Under the pieces are notes generated by a model. The model did no database searches, was not told where the DNA came from, and worked only from the letters and a program-made list of their open reading frames with translations. DNA of 64,000 bases from the human T2T-CHM13v2.0 reference genome, Homo sapiens, in NCBI RefSeq assembly GCF_009914755.1, contig NC_060932.1; one strand, written 5' to 3'. Each line of letters begins with the position of its first letter. Within the stretch, counting starts at the first letter, position 1. A program made the translations under genes and the position numbers. This document shows, in pieces, positions 44,661 to 60,734 of the stretch.

Positions 44661-47600
44661 TGAGAGGAATTTGATTCTGTGTATAAAGGGAGTTTTCAAG
44701 TTAATTCGGGATTGCAGCATAAATGAGTTGAGAGATGGCAAAAATGTAGGTATGGCTTCTACACAAGATTCTTGCAACTCCCTGAGCAATACACCCTTAT
44801 TTGCTTAAGGTTTTTTAAGTTTGTTACAGTGCAAAAGAAGAGGAAGTCAATGGTAGCTTTAAGTTTCACATTGTGATTGCATGCTCAGAGCATCATTCAG
44901 CATCTCTGAAAAGTAGCACTTGAAAAAGTGTCTTTACATGATGTCTAAGAAAAGTAGAATAAAACACCTCTGAAGGTATTGATCATGTTACTTGGGAAAG
45001 CTCTAATAACTGGAACTTGTCAGGCAGGATGAAGCACTAGCCTCCTTTGGCATCAAGTTCAAAGAGATGGTGAGGCGGTGGATAAAATTGAGGCAAAGGA
45101 ATAACAGGTAACTCCATCCTGTTTTAAAAGCCATAGATAACTGACAATGGGACTTGATTGAAAAAAAATCGAATACTGCACGGCAGACTTCCCTAGCTAC
45201 TGTAAGACTATACCATTACCAAAATTGTGAATATATATTTCTTCATTTTCCCACAACTTAAAATGGATCGTTAAGTACTTATAAAGGGGAAAAATAATAA
45301 AAAATTTAGTTGAATATTTGTCAACTAAAGCAGTGATTTATTTCATTCTATCTGAGAACAGCTTTTTGAAACAGAGATATCATTTTAGTTGTGTTGATCT
45401 TGCCCTGCTCTTGTTAATGCCATTTGGGTAGATCCATAAGTAGTGATCTTTGCATTGTAGTTCAATTTTATTTCCTAATACTCTTTATTTGTCTGGTTTA
45501 GTTTTAATTTGGAAAAGGCTTATATTTCATTTATTTTTCTAATTAGAGGACCACTAATGCCTTAAAGTTTGCTTTTAAAAAAAATCTTCCACGGAGAATT
45601 GGGGAGTTGAAAGCATCATTCTTCAATGGGTCAGTCTGGACATTGAAAGCCAAGTTTTCCATGAGGCCTTGGCCTTGAGGCCATGAGATGGGTAGTTTCC
45701 TCGCATCAAATTGCACTGCGAAATTCACTTAGGCCAAACTAGTAGTTTGCTTGCAAACAGTATGACTGTGCAGCTAGAAGTGATCTTAACATATATTTAT
45801 GGATATGAATTTTAATTAATCAATGCCCATATGTCCTTTACATCTCTACGTATGTACATCAAAAACATATTTACGAAATGCCTTCTAGGTGTGGGCATAA
45901 TGCTGGTTGATGAGGGGGTAGGAAAATAAACAAGATATGGACTTTGCCTTAAGGGAAAAGGAACCTAATATTTATGAGGGACCCCCATGTACCATACCCT
46001 AGACTGTATCTTTGTTACAACTACAATCATTCTGAAGAATACCATTGAGAAGTTGTATGATTTTTGTCAGCTAAGTGATAAAATGGCTTTTAAGTTTTCT
46101 TTTAATATATCCTCATTTGCGTACCTCTACCCTTGGGAATCTGTGTGATTTCTGTATAAATCACACAGGAAGCTATGTCCCTCATCCTTTCCTTAATCTG
46201 AAATTAGAGAAGCACCGTATATTTATCCAATTTCATTTCTCCCTACCCCAACCCCTTCATCGTTGTTTTTTGTTTGTTTGTTTTAAAGAATTCACAGTCA
46301 GTCAGGTATTCCCACTGAAGAGGCTGTGTCTGGATTTCTGTCGTGAGGGAGTGTGAGTAGGCACAGAAAACACAACTCCAAATACAGGCTCTCCTTTGTA
46401 CCATAAGGGACAATCAACAGACTAACCCAGGAAAGGAATCCCAAGAAGAGTTGTCTTAATAGGCTAAAATTAGAAAGGGAGGAAGGGCAGAGGAAAAAAG
46501 AGAAAGTGGAAGGAGAGAGTCCAGAAGAGGCTGCATAAATGCACTTTGTAAATTTTTCATCTTGGAACCTACTTTTTATTATAATATTTATTTAAGCAAA
46601 ATTTCAAATCACGATTCAAATGCTAGCTGCATCAATTTTAAATACCTTTAGTTCTGTATATCATGATGGGAAAAGACCTTAACAATCAAAGGGTCCTCCT
46701 ATCAACAATCAAATAATATTTTAAGAGTTATTCAAATATATTTGGTTATTAGGTTTATTGGAAAAATAAAATAAAAATGAGTGCCTCATCATTTCAATTT
46801 TAAAATCAACACCACAAGGAGCATTTATGGAGATGAAATATATTTATAATAAGAGTGCTTTGAAATAAATGCTATTGAGAAAGCTTGGAGAATGATTATA
46901 TTTTATTTCAACAGAAAAAAACAATTGAACCCTGCTCTTGTCTTCTGTTTCAACATCATGTCTCTCTGTCCCTCCTCCTCCTGTAATAAATATTCTCTTG
47001 CCAGCCCTGCTACTGACAATAATGTAGGTGAACTCTGCACCATGTACATCTGTCATTATTAATGACCACGGGAGAGAGAAACGATAACTCACTCTTTTAG
47101 GAACCAAGAGGCTAAAATGCTGTAGAAATTTCCTTTCACAATTTTTGCTGGAAGAATATCTGCATTTATTCTTCCTAAATTCAGGAACAAGCCTCAGTGA
47201 CAGAGTAGAAAAACCCTCACATTTTTAACTTTAAGTTAAAAATACTGTTAGGGCAAAAGACACTTGTTGACTTGTTGCTCTATGAGTGTTAATTTTTATC
47301 ACAATGCTATACTCAATGTTTTAGGTATCACAATACATATAATCCTTTTAATGCTCAGGTTATAAAGAAATGTTATGAGAGGAAACATTTCTTTACCCAT
47401 AGGTTTAAGTACCTTTCTGTATGACCGCACCGCAGAATGTTCTTACTAAAATACTTATTCCATTCACTGGGTTTATAAAAAGTATATACTTATTTTAAAA
47501 TAAAGCTTTCAGGTATTTTTTACTTGAATTATGAAAGAGGACTTAAAATATTACATCTTTATTATCAAACTATAAACCAAATGCTACAGAGATAAAGAAA

Positions 47601-48656
47601 AAGATAACGATATATGACTCTTTAAAAACAAAGATCCTCTATTTACTTTTTAGAAAAATAAGGGAATGATTGTATTAATATTGTACTGGAAAATAGCCAC
47701 AAAAGTCTATATTAGTCAGTTTTTAAGTGAGAGACAGATAACACTCTCTGGTAAAATAAAAATACACCTATCCATGCAAATATCATGTTATTTTAAACTA
47801 CTAATAATTCGTAGGTAATAACTTTCTATGCATTCTCGATATCTTTTACTTCTCATTAGCATTAACACTGATGAAATTTTGTCATGAGGGTTATTTTTAC
47901 TTACTAGAAATAGAATTTTCCAGAACATAAAGTTTAAGACTTCAATAGATTGGGAGGACTCCTTTAAAGCCACTAAAATGCTCTGCTAATTCTCTCCTGT
48001 CTTCCCACTGCTCCTTATAGTGTTTTACACTGTTTTACTGACATGTGAAATTCTAGAAATGTCAGCTTTTGGCAATGGTGCAGTTTACACAGTTATTAGT
48101 AGCTCTCTTAGGAAGTGTAAAGGAATACTGGAAAAAATCATTTTGTCTTTCAACAGGTTTCTAGAATACAGTAAAATACCCACAAATTTTAAACATTCTC
48201 TACCCAAATCCCAAACTAAAATACAATTTTCCAAGTGTAATGCCAAGTATAAATGAAATGGATATATCAATGGATATTCTGTAGTAGTAAGTCCAGATCC
48301 TACATCTGCTTAAATGTTAAATCATGCCAAATAATAAGAGAATAAACCAAACAAAGAAATATAAAAAGTAGATAGAAATGGGCCCCTGCAGGTCTGCCTG
48401 AAAATTTTCAGTATCCTCTAGATATTACACTATAGCACTTACCAAAACAGCCTTTGATCTGAGAGGAACTTTACTACCAAACTTTAATGAAAGCAATCCC
48501 TTTCACTTTCATGTGCAGATCAGTGAATGAAAAATAATCAGTCACATTCCAATGCCACAATTTTTAGCTACCAGCAACTGAAGGCTGAATTCAACTTCTA
48601 AATTAGTTCATCTACATTAACTATTAAGAAAAGTAATGTAATCAAACTTTTTTTAA

Positions 48657-49005
<349 letters not shown>

Positions 49006-49267
49006 TAAAATTGAAATTTTCAATTTTATTTTTGGTTCAAATGCAAATATACTGGAGGAAGACAGCAGGCTTTGTGTTGACTGAGTGACTCTTATTTAAT
49101 CAAATGATCCTAGCATTTTTATTATTATTGTCCAAAGGAAAGGAGGTAGGAGAGACTTACGAGAAAGAGAATGAGAGAAATTTTTCTTTACAAACTTTTG
49201 TTCCTCTGGTTCTCCCATTACAAATTTCAGGGTGAATCAAACCATTCCAACAAAACCCATAGAGTAC

Positions 49268-49601
<334 letters not shown>

Positions 49602-52563
49602 TAAAGCCCACAGAATATTAAACCTTATTTGACTCTTGGGGTGTGAAGAGACATGAGGAGCACATTATTCCACTCCCCAACTCCATACCCATTTTTACCC
49701 TCTTCCCAGCAGTCCATGTCCAGAAGACAGAATCCGGCCTAATAAGTTTGCTTCCATTTCTCTCTGTCATTGTTTTTGCTAAATAGACTCCCATCATCAG
49801 TATATAAAGTAGACTATTCCTTAGTCCCACTTAAATTTTAAGTCACTAAGATTAAAAAAGAAGTTAATAAAGATTCCAGGGACGTAAAATCATTCAATTC
49901 AATAAACTGCTCTGAATCAAATTAGTCTGAAACACTTTATCCTTAAAACTGCAAAAACATTGTGATACTAAATATTCAATATTATCAGTCAGGCAAATTG
50001 GCCCAGGTCAAATGAGCAAATCTAAAAAATGAGATTGCTAAATTTCTCGGCTTGATAGCTTCGTAATAAATAATGTGCTTCTATTCAATCTGTACATTAA
50101 GTCTTTTATGTGGCCTTAAGGCACTCTCTGATGGCTATGCCCATTACAGTGTAGCCATAGAAACTGACACATTTATTTCTTGGATTAGTGCACCATTGAA
50201 AATATTAATATGATGCAGTAAATGGGGATTTAATCTAATCTACTGATGGTAGGATGAAGTTAGTAAAAGGTTCAGTGCCCTTATGGAGAAAGAAAGATTA
50301 TATCTGCAGAGAGAAGCTTGTTATTGGTTACAAAGATCAACTAAACAGCCTATGACATATTATGCACTTCTACATTTAAACAGACTTTGTCAAACTCAGC
50401 AAGCCAGGCTTTCTGCAGGCTGAAGAATGCTTTGAAAATGAAATATATATTTTTAAAGATTTCTATATCTAAACTGAAAGACCTTTTCTCTAAAAGCATC
50501 AACAGTCGAGCACATATCTTACAACATACTTTGTGAAGCATGGCACCCAGGGAGAAGCTGGCATGCCCAAAACCGTTTTCATGAATTTTGCCTTCTGATT
50601 TAAAGGCATTTGCTTAGCCTTTCAGCTTTGCCGAAGGTTAAAAAAAAATCAGACAAACTTCATCAAAGAAAGCCAATTTTGTTTCACATGTTTGGAGAAA
50701 AATATAGCTAATCAATTTCACTGTTAATTTTTTAATACCTAACTTGAAATCAGATACCAATAAATATTCCTTTTATTGTGGAATAGATCACATTTGACTC
50801 TGGTGTCTCCTAATAATTCATAGGACTCCAGGTCTGTCCCCCCCTTTACTCTGTAGCAAACTACATAAATTTCAAAGATATATTCTGACAGATGAAGCAT
50901 TGTTGAAAAGCAAAGTACAGCACTTTGTCCTTGAAATGTTAACATGTAATGCCATAAAGTATTCAAATAATAATTTACTCAATCTTTCAGGGTAATTAAT
51001 TAAAATGTTCGAGATGTTGGAGAAAATCACCTTGAGCTTATAAAACTGGAAACCCACCCCCCTTTCCTCTCTGCATGCAAGCTGCCCCAGCAGACCTACC
51101 ACATGCCTTCCCAGTTATGGGGTTTGATTTCAGAAGATAATAAATAGCCAGGATCTAATTTTGCCATGTCACAACCGATTATGTTTCACAAGAAAAGGTG
51201 GAGTGCTCACCTACCAGATGAAGGTGAAACATAAAACCACTTTTATTTATGTCATGTGTCCAAATTCAACTCAACCTGGCCCTGGGTCCTGTGAGTGTGT
51301 GGACTTTCACTGTCATGCGAATTTATGTACCTCAAGAAAGTGTCAAATATAAACAAAAATTTAATCAAAGGGATGGAAACCTTTATTATATTAAAAAAAC
51401 ACATTTTTGGCAGCGAATATAAATTATTTTAATGCCATTTATTTTACTACTTCTCAGAAGGTCACAAAGAAGGAATAAGACGTTAAGCAGATACAGCCTA
51501 TGGCTATATCTTAATTCAGGTGATGATTAGCAGTGTAATTTAGACTCAGGCTTATTTTTAAAGGTTTTTCTTTTTCTTTCAAAAGTTCATTTCAGCTCAC
51601 TATCTCAATCAATTGCACTATTATGCTTTGTATGCTTACGAAGGGATAGGTAACAATGTGAAGGGAAATTCATCATAGGAATTTATATTTCCAATGGGAA
51701 TATAATCAGACGTAAGTTTTTGAACCTCCAAGTGAAATGAAAGACACCAGACATTTTCTGGATAACTTAGGCCAAAAATTTTTCTAGATCATGAGTATAA
51801 CTGCTCCAGCATTACATTTTGGGTACAGAATTCAAGGCAAAGTTTGGACATCATAGTCCCTGTTTCTGTTCATGTCAGGAGGATAAAACAGAAAGCTGAT
51901 AACAATAGATTAACAAGCCCCGGGTATTAGTCAGCCGTTCCCCTTAGTTGGATAGGCTTTGGACAGAATTTTAATGACTAAAAAAATTGCATATGATGAA
52001 TAAGGATGTCATTTTCAATTAACACGAACAAAGGATCATTCCCATATTTGGCAAATGAGGTAGCTGTGGTGTAAGAAAAGCTGGAGCATTCACAGACAAT
52101 GCATCACTGCTTGCAAATCAAAACAAAATGATGACATTTGGGTATCCTTGCACAATGACATGACTACACATCTCTTAGCAGGTACCTATTAGCCACAAGT
52201 TATAGATCACACTAATGGGCTTCCATTCACTAAAAATAATACTGATCTTCATATTATTAATGATTAGTGAAATGTAATACTTAACAAACCTAAATAGGCT
52301 GTAAACTATGTCAGCATCCAAGTTTAAGATAAAATAAGTACAGGCCAGAAAAGAATTTATAATAGTTCTCCATGACAAATTAGAAATCAAGATCTTAATG
52401 AACCTTAACCCTCTGAAATCACTTTGTGAAAGGCACGCTAACAGAGCTTCATGCTGATAATAGACCTAGCATATTTGTTTCGGGCATAGCACACATGCTT
52501 ATGATGTACAAAACACTTTTAGGATGTAGCTTACGTGTTTACAGGTGTATGAAGCTTTATAAA

Positions 52564-52617
52564 ACATACATATTTTCAGCACATAGTGTGGGAAATCCTG
52601 CTGTAGGTAACTGAATT
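52564..52617 (+). repeat. Local direct duplication C, copy 1 (54 bp)
   Basis: 49/54 identical to 53557-53610. Confidence 0.9.
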
Positions 52618-52913
52618 TTCTTCAAGTCACTTCCTGTTGTATATTTTCTCACTTCAGGGGTCATGTCTCCAGCACAGTGGGTTGTGAGACCATCATAGTG
52701 ACCTCTTTCAGCTCTTCAGTAATCTGGAAGGTACACTGAGTTAAGAGTTCCTGCAAGTCCCTCATACAGCCACTGTATTATTTCACAGTGGTGCCTGTTG
52801 GAAGTAACTTCTCAGATTAAGTGACTAGGGAATTCCATTCACTCCTTGGTAGCATGGAAGAGCCTCAGGGAAAAAACGCAAGGCTGACTTAATCCAAACC
52901 ATTCAGCCAGAAG

Positions 52914-53200
52914 TTTTGTTTTTCTGAGACAAGGTCTTGCTCTGTCACCTAGGCTGGACGGCAGTCGTCAATCACCACTGACTGCAGCCTCAATCTCCTG
53001 GGCTCAAGGGATCCTCCGCCTCAGCCTCCCCAGTCGCTGGGATCACAGGCATGCATCTCCATGCCCGGCTAATTTTTTAATTTGTAGAGATGATCCTTAT
53101 TATGTTGTCCAGGCTGGTCTCAAATTCCCAAGTTCAAGTGACCTCCTGTCTTGGCCTCACAAAATGCTGGGATTACAGGTGTGAGCCACCATGCCCAGCC
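52914..53200 (-). mobile_element. AluJ
   Basis: Diverged dimer; TSD CCAGAAGT. Confidence 0.92.
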
Positions 53201-53556
53201 AAAACCAGAAGTCTGGGATGCTAACACCTCCATCCATGCTAGGAACTTAAGGCTTTATGGCCAGCATTCTCCAGTGATGGTCTATCAGACTGAAGGCCCC
53301 ATCAGATTCAGAACGTTGGCCACTGATGTGGTCAGGTGCTTTCAGTGCACTATGGCAAGATACAAAACCATTTGTTTCCTAACTGTGTTCTACTGGATTA
53401 CACAAAGTTAAAGAAGTGACAATATTGAAGGGCTTCTCAGAGCCTTTTATAAGCTAATATGTAACGAGTTTCTAAGAGGAGAGTAGTGAATGCAGTGATG
53501 TTTTATTTGACCTAGGAAAACTTTTCTCAAGGAACACCTATCAAAAATTTCACAAG

Positions 53557-53610
53557 ACATACATATTTTTGGCACACAGTGTGGAAAATGCTGCTGTAGG
53601 TAACTGAATT
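53557..53610 (+). repeat. Local direct duplication C, copy 2
   Basis: 49/54 identical to 52564-52617. Confidence 0.9.
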
Positions 53611-54879
53611 AAATTATCTGCATACTAGTTGCCCTGTGACTCTTTAAATTTTGCTTAAATCTAAGAGCCCTTTGGTAGAACTCATCATATGTTTCCAATG
53701 CAGGATATGACCAAGCATCTAATGTCAAGAGGCGGACACGGTGTGTGTCAGGTATCCTTTATGTATTTCTAATTAAATTTAGAAGGAAAAAGCAAACCAG
53801 AGAATGCCACCTGTTTATTGGCACCTGATATTATTATAGCAAAATCATCCCCCACAGAAAAAGGAGCCCAGGATGCTGGGAAGAGTTTGATGTAACTTTC
53901 TTAAGGTCATGAGCTCCTCAGAGAAGGAATCCAAGTATTCAGGGTCCCTGCTCTCAGCTGGGTCCTCAGTGCTGCTCACAAATCCTTATTCTTGCTTTTG
54001 GTTAGCTCCTTTCCCCTCATCTCACAGCAACTGTTCCAGATCTTCACTCATCTCTTCAAGGCCACTAGCTAGCCCCATCTCATCACTCTGGGCATAGGAT
54101 TCCACCTCCTAGTGTGCTAAGTAACCAGGGACATGGACTTGAGGAGCTTCCTCAAGGCCCATCAAACAAATCAACCACCTTCTGCATGTGTCCTTACTTG
54201 CTTCCTGCCAGTTGCAAAGCACAAGTGTCCTTTATTCTATCAAAGGCAGTCCCACCCCAGCCTCAGTAGGTCCCTATGCCATCTCCACCAGCTGTGACTC
54301 CAGCAGGTTTTCCCATGTGCTCCTTCTCCAGCGGCGTTGTCCTCTCACATATAAATATACCGAAGCCTCTCCTATCCAAAAATAACCCCTTGGGCTCTGT
54401 CTCCCTCAACTATTGCTCTCTCTCTTCCCTTACCTTCTCAGGTAAATGCAGTGAAAGAGCCCTCCATACTGCCAGCCTCAAAGCCTCAATTCCTTCTCAT
54501 TCCTCCGTCCACCACTGCCTGACTCCCAGCCTCAGCACTCTATTCAAACTACCTTCACCAAGTTGCCAATAATGTCCATAGTGACAAATTCTATGGCTAT
54601 GTTTTAGTCTTTCTCTTATAACATCACTGTTGAGATGACACTCCCCAGAACTCTCTCTGAGACACTCCCTGGAACGCTCTATTCTCCTGGCTTCCATGAC
54701 ACACCACTCTATCCTGGTTCTGATTGTTCCTTCTTTTCAGGGGTCTCTTCCTCTATTCACCCCTTAAAACTTGGGTTATCTCATGATTCTTTTCCTTTAT
54801 TACCAATATGCTCTTCTTGGACAATATAGACAGACAGATCTAGTTGTTAGTCTTAGCTCACTTTTGTTTTTAACTTCCT

Positions 54880-55030
54880 AAGCACAAAACTGTTACCTCA
54901 TCTGTAAAATGGGTTTCATAACAGCATATCTCTCATTAGGTTATTATAAGAATTAAATAATACACAGAGCCCTCAGTGCAGGGCTTCATCCATGTTTGGT
55001 ATGGTGGTATCAATAAGTATTTGTATCATG
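54880..55030 (+). mobile_element. MIR fragment
   Basis: CCTCATCTGTAAAATGGG...TCTCATTAGGTTATTATAAGAATTAAATAA. Confidence 0.75.
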
Positions 55031-55284
55031 TTATAAATGACTTTCTTTCTCAGTGACTGGCATCCAACCAAGCATCTACATCTGATTTTCCTTTCTACCT
55101 ACATCCCAAATCTTTCCACTGATTTCACCATGCTAGGTCAGTGCTGCCACTCCATTCTCCAGTCACCTTCATCTAGATCAATGGTTTTCAAACTTCTTCT
55201 AAGAAGCTTTAGGAATCCTCTTTTTCCATCTCCCGTATTTATTAAATTTCAGTGTAAGATTTGTTTTTAATAAAAAGCTCTTGT

Positions 55285-55690
<406 letters not shown>

Positions 55691-57374
55691 ATAAAAAATA
55701 AAAAGCTCTTGCTGGTATAAAAAAAGTTGGAAAATTATCAGTCTGATAGATTCCTAATTGGTATTCCTGGTTTCCATCCTGTCCTCATAAATGCATTCAC
55801 TGTACGGAAGCCAGAGTAATCTCTCTAAAATCTACATCTGATATCTCACTTCTTTAATAAAATCTTTAAATGGCTTCTCACAAGCATCAGCAAACAAATG
55901 CCAAGCTCTTTAACGTAACTCAAGAGGAAGGAGTCTAGCCCCACCCTTCACTCTCATCCTGTGCTGGTCTCTTCAGCTGGGAAACACTTCCCACCTTTGT
56001 CCTGGTTAATTCTTACTGTTTCTTCTCTTTCCATCATCCTCTCTTCCAGGAAGTTTTCTTTGAGATCCAGGCCAGGTTACAGCCTCTTTTTGTGCTGTGT
56101 GTTGTTCCATCTTAGCATCTTCCATGATATATTATAATGACCTATTTGTGCGTCTCTCTTTCTAGACAGTGTCTATATCCTAACCACCTTTACCTCCCCG
56201 TGCCTAGAACAGAGTAAGTGCCCAGTAAATATTCACCACTCTGACATAAACTATTGTTTTCTTTAGAAGCAGTGAGGCATAGTGGAAAGAGCATTGGACA
56301 GGACTGGCAAACAGGTGGCAAGGGGGATCCCAACACCAACAAGTAAGTGAGTATTGTCGGGAAGTGGAATATGAGGCTATATCTGAACTCAGCAAGAAAA
56401 CGTCACAAGATGTATGAGCACTTTCTTCAGGGACACAGGATGGGGTCATGGTAGAACTTCTGCAGCTCACGCCTTTTTAATCCTTTCTGTTCTTCCTATA
56501 GTAGGCTCTGAGGTGAGATCCTGCTTCCAGTTCCAGCTTCATCACTTACTGGTTGTGAGTTCTTTGTTATGCCCAAGTTTCATCTCTCCATAACAGCATC
56601 CACTTTCATAAGTACCACTGACAAATAACAGTGAATGCATCTACAGAACTGTGAAGTCCTCAAGCAAACTGTGTCTTGTTCTTATTTTAATTCCCAGTAG
56701 AGCCAAGCACAGGTGGTGGTAGGTGCTCAGTTAACATCCACTGAATGATTATTAATGTACTTTGTTATGTGTTTTATCTGACATGGCCTAACTGCTAAGT
56801 ACTAGAAAAGCTTTTGAACCAAGTCTTATGAATGTTGTTTCTTCAACAAATATTTCCCTTAAGCCTGGTAAAATAATTAAATATTTACAGCTATTGTTAC
56901 AAGTTTATAATGGGGGAATACCTGTGTAGAAAATGTACCTGAAGTCCTTTCTTTCTCCTGCAAAGTATAAGTTTTTCTGTGTGGGTTCTCCTGCACCTAG
57001 AAGCTGTTTGCTTGAAAATACATTCTTGCTTCTACATATATGGCCTCAGTTAAATAGTAGAGTTATTTGATAACTTGATTGTTGAGCTATAAATCCTAAT
57101 GTTTTCCCCTAATAATCCAACCTTTAAAAAATGATCCAGGAGGATTCAATTACAGACTTGATCAACTTTTACTGGCATGTTGGTAAATGACAATAACAAT
57201 TTCCTGCAGAAAATGTCACATCATTTGCATTTACCTGCCAGCTTGTCACACTAAACAAGACAAGTATTTGCCTACAACATCGAAATATCAAGAGTGATGG
57301 CTGTATTAATGTAAGCCAGCAAACTAAGGACTTTCAATTATTATTTACTGAAAATTATAATAAACAAAATAAAA

Positions 57375-57620
57375 AGAATATGACAGACCATGATTCTAAT
57401 TTGGTTAAAAATTACATGTTTTACAGATTTTGTAATATTCATTATATATTAAGTATCAGTATCTTTAATAAGATAAATATTTATGCTTAAATAAAAATAG
57501 TAAAAAAATGGAAAGATACACACTAAACTATTGGTGGATGTTATTACTAGAAGTGGAACTAGAGGAGAAAGTAGGAATGTTTTGACTTTTTATTTTATTT
57601 CTGTATGAGTGAAAACATAA
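57375..57620 (+). mobile_element. Old L1ME-type 3' fragment
   Basis: TGGAAAGATACACACTAAACTATTGGTGG...GACTTTTTATTTT resembles L1ME 3' ends; approximate. Confidence 0.5.
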
Positions 57621-57678
57621 TAAATGTAAAAATTAGTATGAGTATTACATAACTACAATATTAAATTAGCATATAGTG

Positions 57679-57835
57679 GGACTGGCACAGTGGCTCACAT
57701 CTGTAGTCCCAGCACTCTGGGAGGCCAAGCCAGGCAGATTACCTGAGGTCAGGAGTTTGAGACCAGCCTGGCCAACGTAGTGAAACCCTGTCTCCACTAA
57801 AAATACAAAAACTAGCCAGGTGTAGTGGCACACGC
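57679..57835 (+). mobile_element. AluS left arm plus start of right arm (3'-deleted)
   Basis: Ends at GGCACACGC with no tail. Confidence 0.9.
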
Positions 57836-58717
57836 ATATAGGTATTACATAATTACTGTTTTTGAAAGATTTAGAATAATACTTGGGGTTTTCATTATTA
57901 TATTTAATTATTATATAATAATTATAAGTAATGATAATAATTGGGTTTGAAAGACTTCGTAATTCAAATATTTTTAAAATGTAAAGCAGTAATTGTCCTG
58001 AGACACAGTGCAGAAGGACCTCTGAAGCAGCCCAGAGTTTGGAAGCAAACCCGCAGACCGCACTGTTAATGGGTTTGACATTTCTGAAGAATGAGTAGTG
58101 TTCCTTAAAGTTATCTAAGCCCCCAAGGAGGTTTACATTTCCATATGCAACCCTAAGAGAAACACATATTTTAGTCACCTTTTATCCTGGTTTCTAAAGA
58201 GAGGACACTCAAATAGCCTTTTGGTCTTACTGATGTCACTACATTTGGTAGTGGCACAGAAAGCCATTGCTACACTGGATCCAAAAATAATGATATAAAA
58301 ACGAAGAATAGTATTGGATGCTGTTATTCAAAGTTCACTGTCATTTGCATTTCTTTTACAGCACTTCACTGTCTTATATCATCATTTACAGATGTCTTAT
58401 AAACCCTATTATGTTCTAAGCATAAGGGACAAGGACTGTGATCATATTCGTATCATTCATGATTTTGTTAATTTTGTTGAATTATGTAATTGAGGTCACT
58501 TGTTTTAGGATCTAACTTGACCTTGCAACTATATACATAAAGGTAATATTCGCTCTAAAAGAGTTGTTTTTTTTTTCCATAGGAATTTCAGAGATACATT
58601 CTGCCTATATTCCAACACATTAAAACAATTTACGACTAGGACTTCTAACATTCATCTCAGGAAGCTTTCTTGTCAACATTGACCTTATGTGCATTCATTT
58701 TCTCAAGAATATCCTGA

Positions 58718-59080
<363 letters not shown>

Positions 59081-59249
59081 TGAAACAGGTTTGCATTTCT
59101 GTGGCAGTTTTCACCTAGCCAATGATTTAAGTGTTTAGGTAGGCATGCTAGCACTCCAGTGGTTTCCGGAATTCAGCAGAACTGATGTGTTGTAGAATAG
59201 ATGTGTAGAGAGGTATTTGAATCAGTCATTCATTTAACACATCCCCATT

Positions 59250-59340
59250 CTGTCATTTACTGATCACACACTTTTAAATAATTTACTTAAACTTTCTGAA
59301 CCTCAGTTTCCTTAGCCGTGAAATGGAAATCCAAATGTCC
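59250..59340 (+). mobile_element. MIR core fragment
   Basis: TTACTTAAACTTTCTGAACCTCAGTTTCCTTAGCCGTGAAATGG. Confidence 0.65.
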
Positions 59341-60734
59341 AACTCCCCACCTCTCCCCAACAGTGTTGTTATTCATTTCAAATATATTTACAAATGCCCT
59401 GAAAACTACAAGAGGTAATACCAATTAAAGGATAATTGCTTCTTATCAAATTACTACTAAAAGTATAAATGGAAATGATAATGTCTCTTTTACACTTTTA
59501 TTATCACCTGATGAAACAGACTAACATTGCTTCAAAAATGACTTTAATTAGTTTAATTTTCCAACACCCATTAACACTCCTAATAGTATTAGTGGCCATT
59601 TGAGGAGCTTTTGCTGAATCCTTATTATGCAGAGAATCAGTAACCCATCTTAACTTCTTTGCACTGTGGCAATTTATCTTTTACTAACCTCAAACCAGTG
59701 CTAACAATGGTAACCAATACAGACAGTGCATACCTCCAAATTGGAAATGAATTCCTCTCCCCTTTTATGGGATACATGTTAATGAAACTGTATTCAATAA
59801 AATCCAGATTGCCCTGTAGAATTTTAGAAACAATTCTTAAAATTTGGTGACACATACAAAAATTATGGTCTATAATTTAGTTAAAAGACTAAAACTCAAC
59901 CCAGAAATCCACAACAAAGGTAATTTGACTCCTGCTTAACAGATAATGATCATAATACTATTTCTGGTAATTTTAGAGAAAATGAAAAAGATCACTAGAG
60001 GCACAGAGTTTCATAGGAGGAGAGACTCGCCTATGATTCCTCCAGATTTGTGAACACCTCCAGGAGCAAGTGTGGGGGAAGCATAGCTAAGAACCAGGTG
60101 ATGAGTGTTGCTGGCGTCCTCCCATCATCTCTTTCTGTGAAAAAAATCTCCTGTTCTTTCCGATTCTGTAACCAAATGGTGTGACCTACACACACAAATC
60201 TACAGGCATCTTGGGTAGAGACTTCTTCATCTGGCATCTCTTGGGGCCTAGGGTGTCAGTTTATTAATGTGATGAATTCATCTAAGTGCATTGCTGGAAA
60301 CAGGATAGAGGGCAATCCCAGGTGAGATGCATATTTTACTGGAGCCAACTATAAACAATGCTCTGGCTTTTGTTTTGGGACTCATTGGTGACTGGAGGTA
60401 CTCACAGCCCGATGTGGGGGAACACGTGATCAGGAAGTCTGCTAGCACCTTCAGGTCAGATATCCCTGAAGTGACACCATCCCCGGGAAGGTTCTGACCA
60501 CAGTTCCAAGATGATAACCTTAACAAGTTTGTGTCTGCGCTGGTGTGAGCTTACAAACAATGCCACCAACTTCCATACCTGTCTGAGAAACCCCAAGGAA
60601 CACAAGTTAATGAGTTTCAGAAGTGTTGGAGTTTATAGACAGTGTGAGCTCCTCCGGCAGGGTCTACGCCACCGGAGTGAGGTTTTCAGCAGCAACAACA
60701 GCAACTAATGTTTCTGAACACTTCTCATCCAGGA

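Noticed and set aside
60120-60190. Minus-strand AG|GTCACACCATTTGGTTACAGAATCGG giving TIWLQNR, like homeodomain helix 3 (IWFQNRR) after a splice acceptor
   Set aside because: Needs a frameshift to read V-T-I-W, lacks the conserved Phe and basic tail, and no helix 1/2 exon is visible. Most likely chance.
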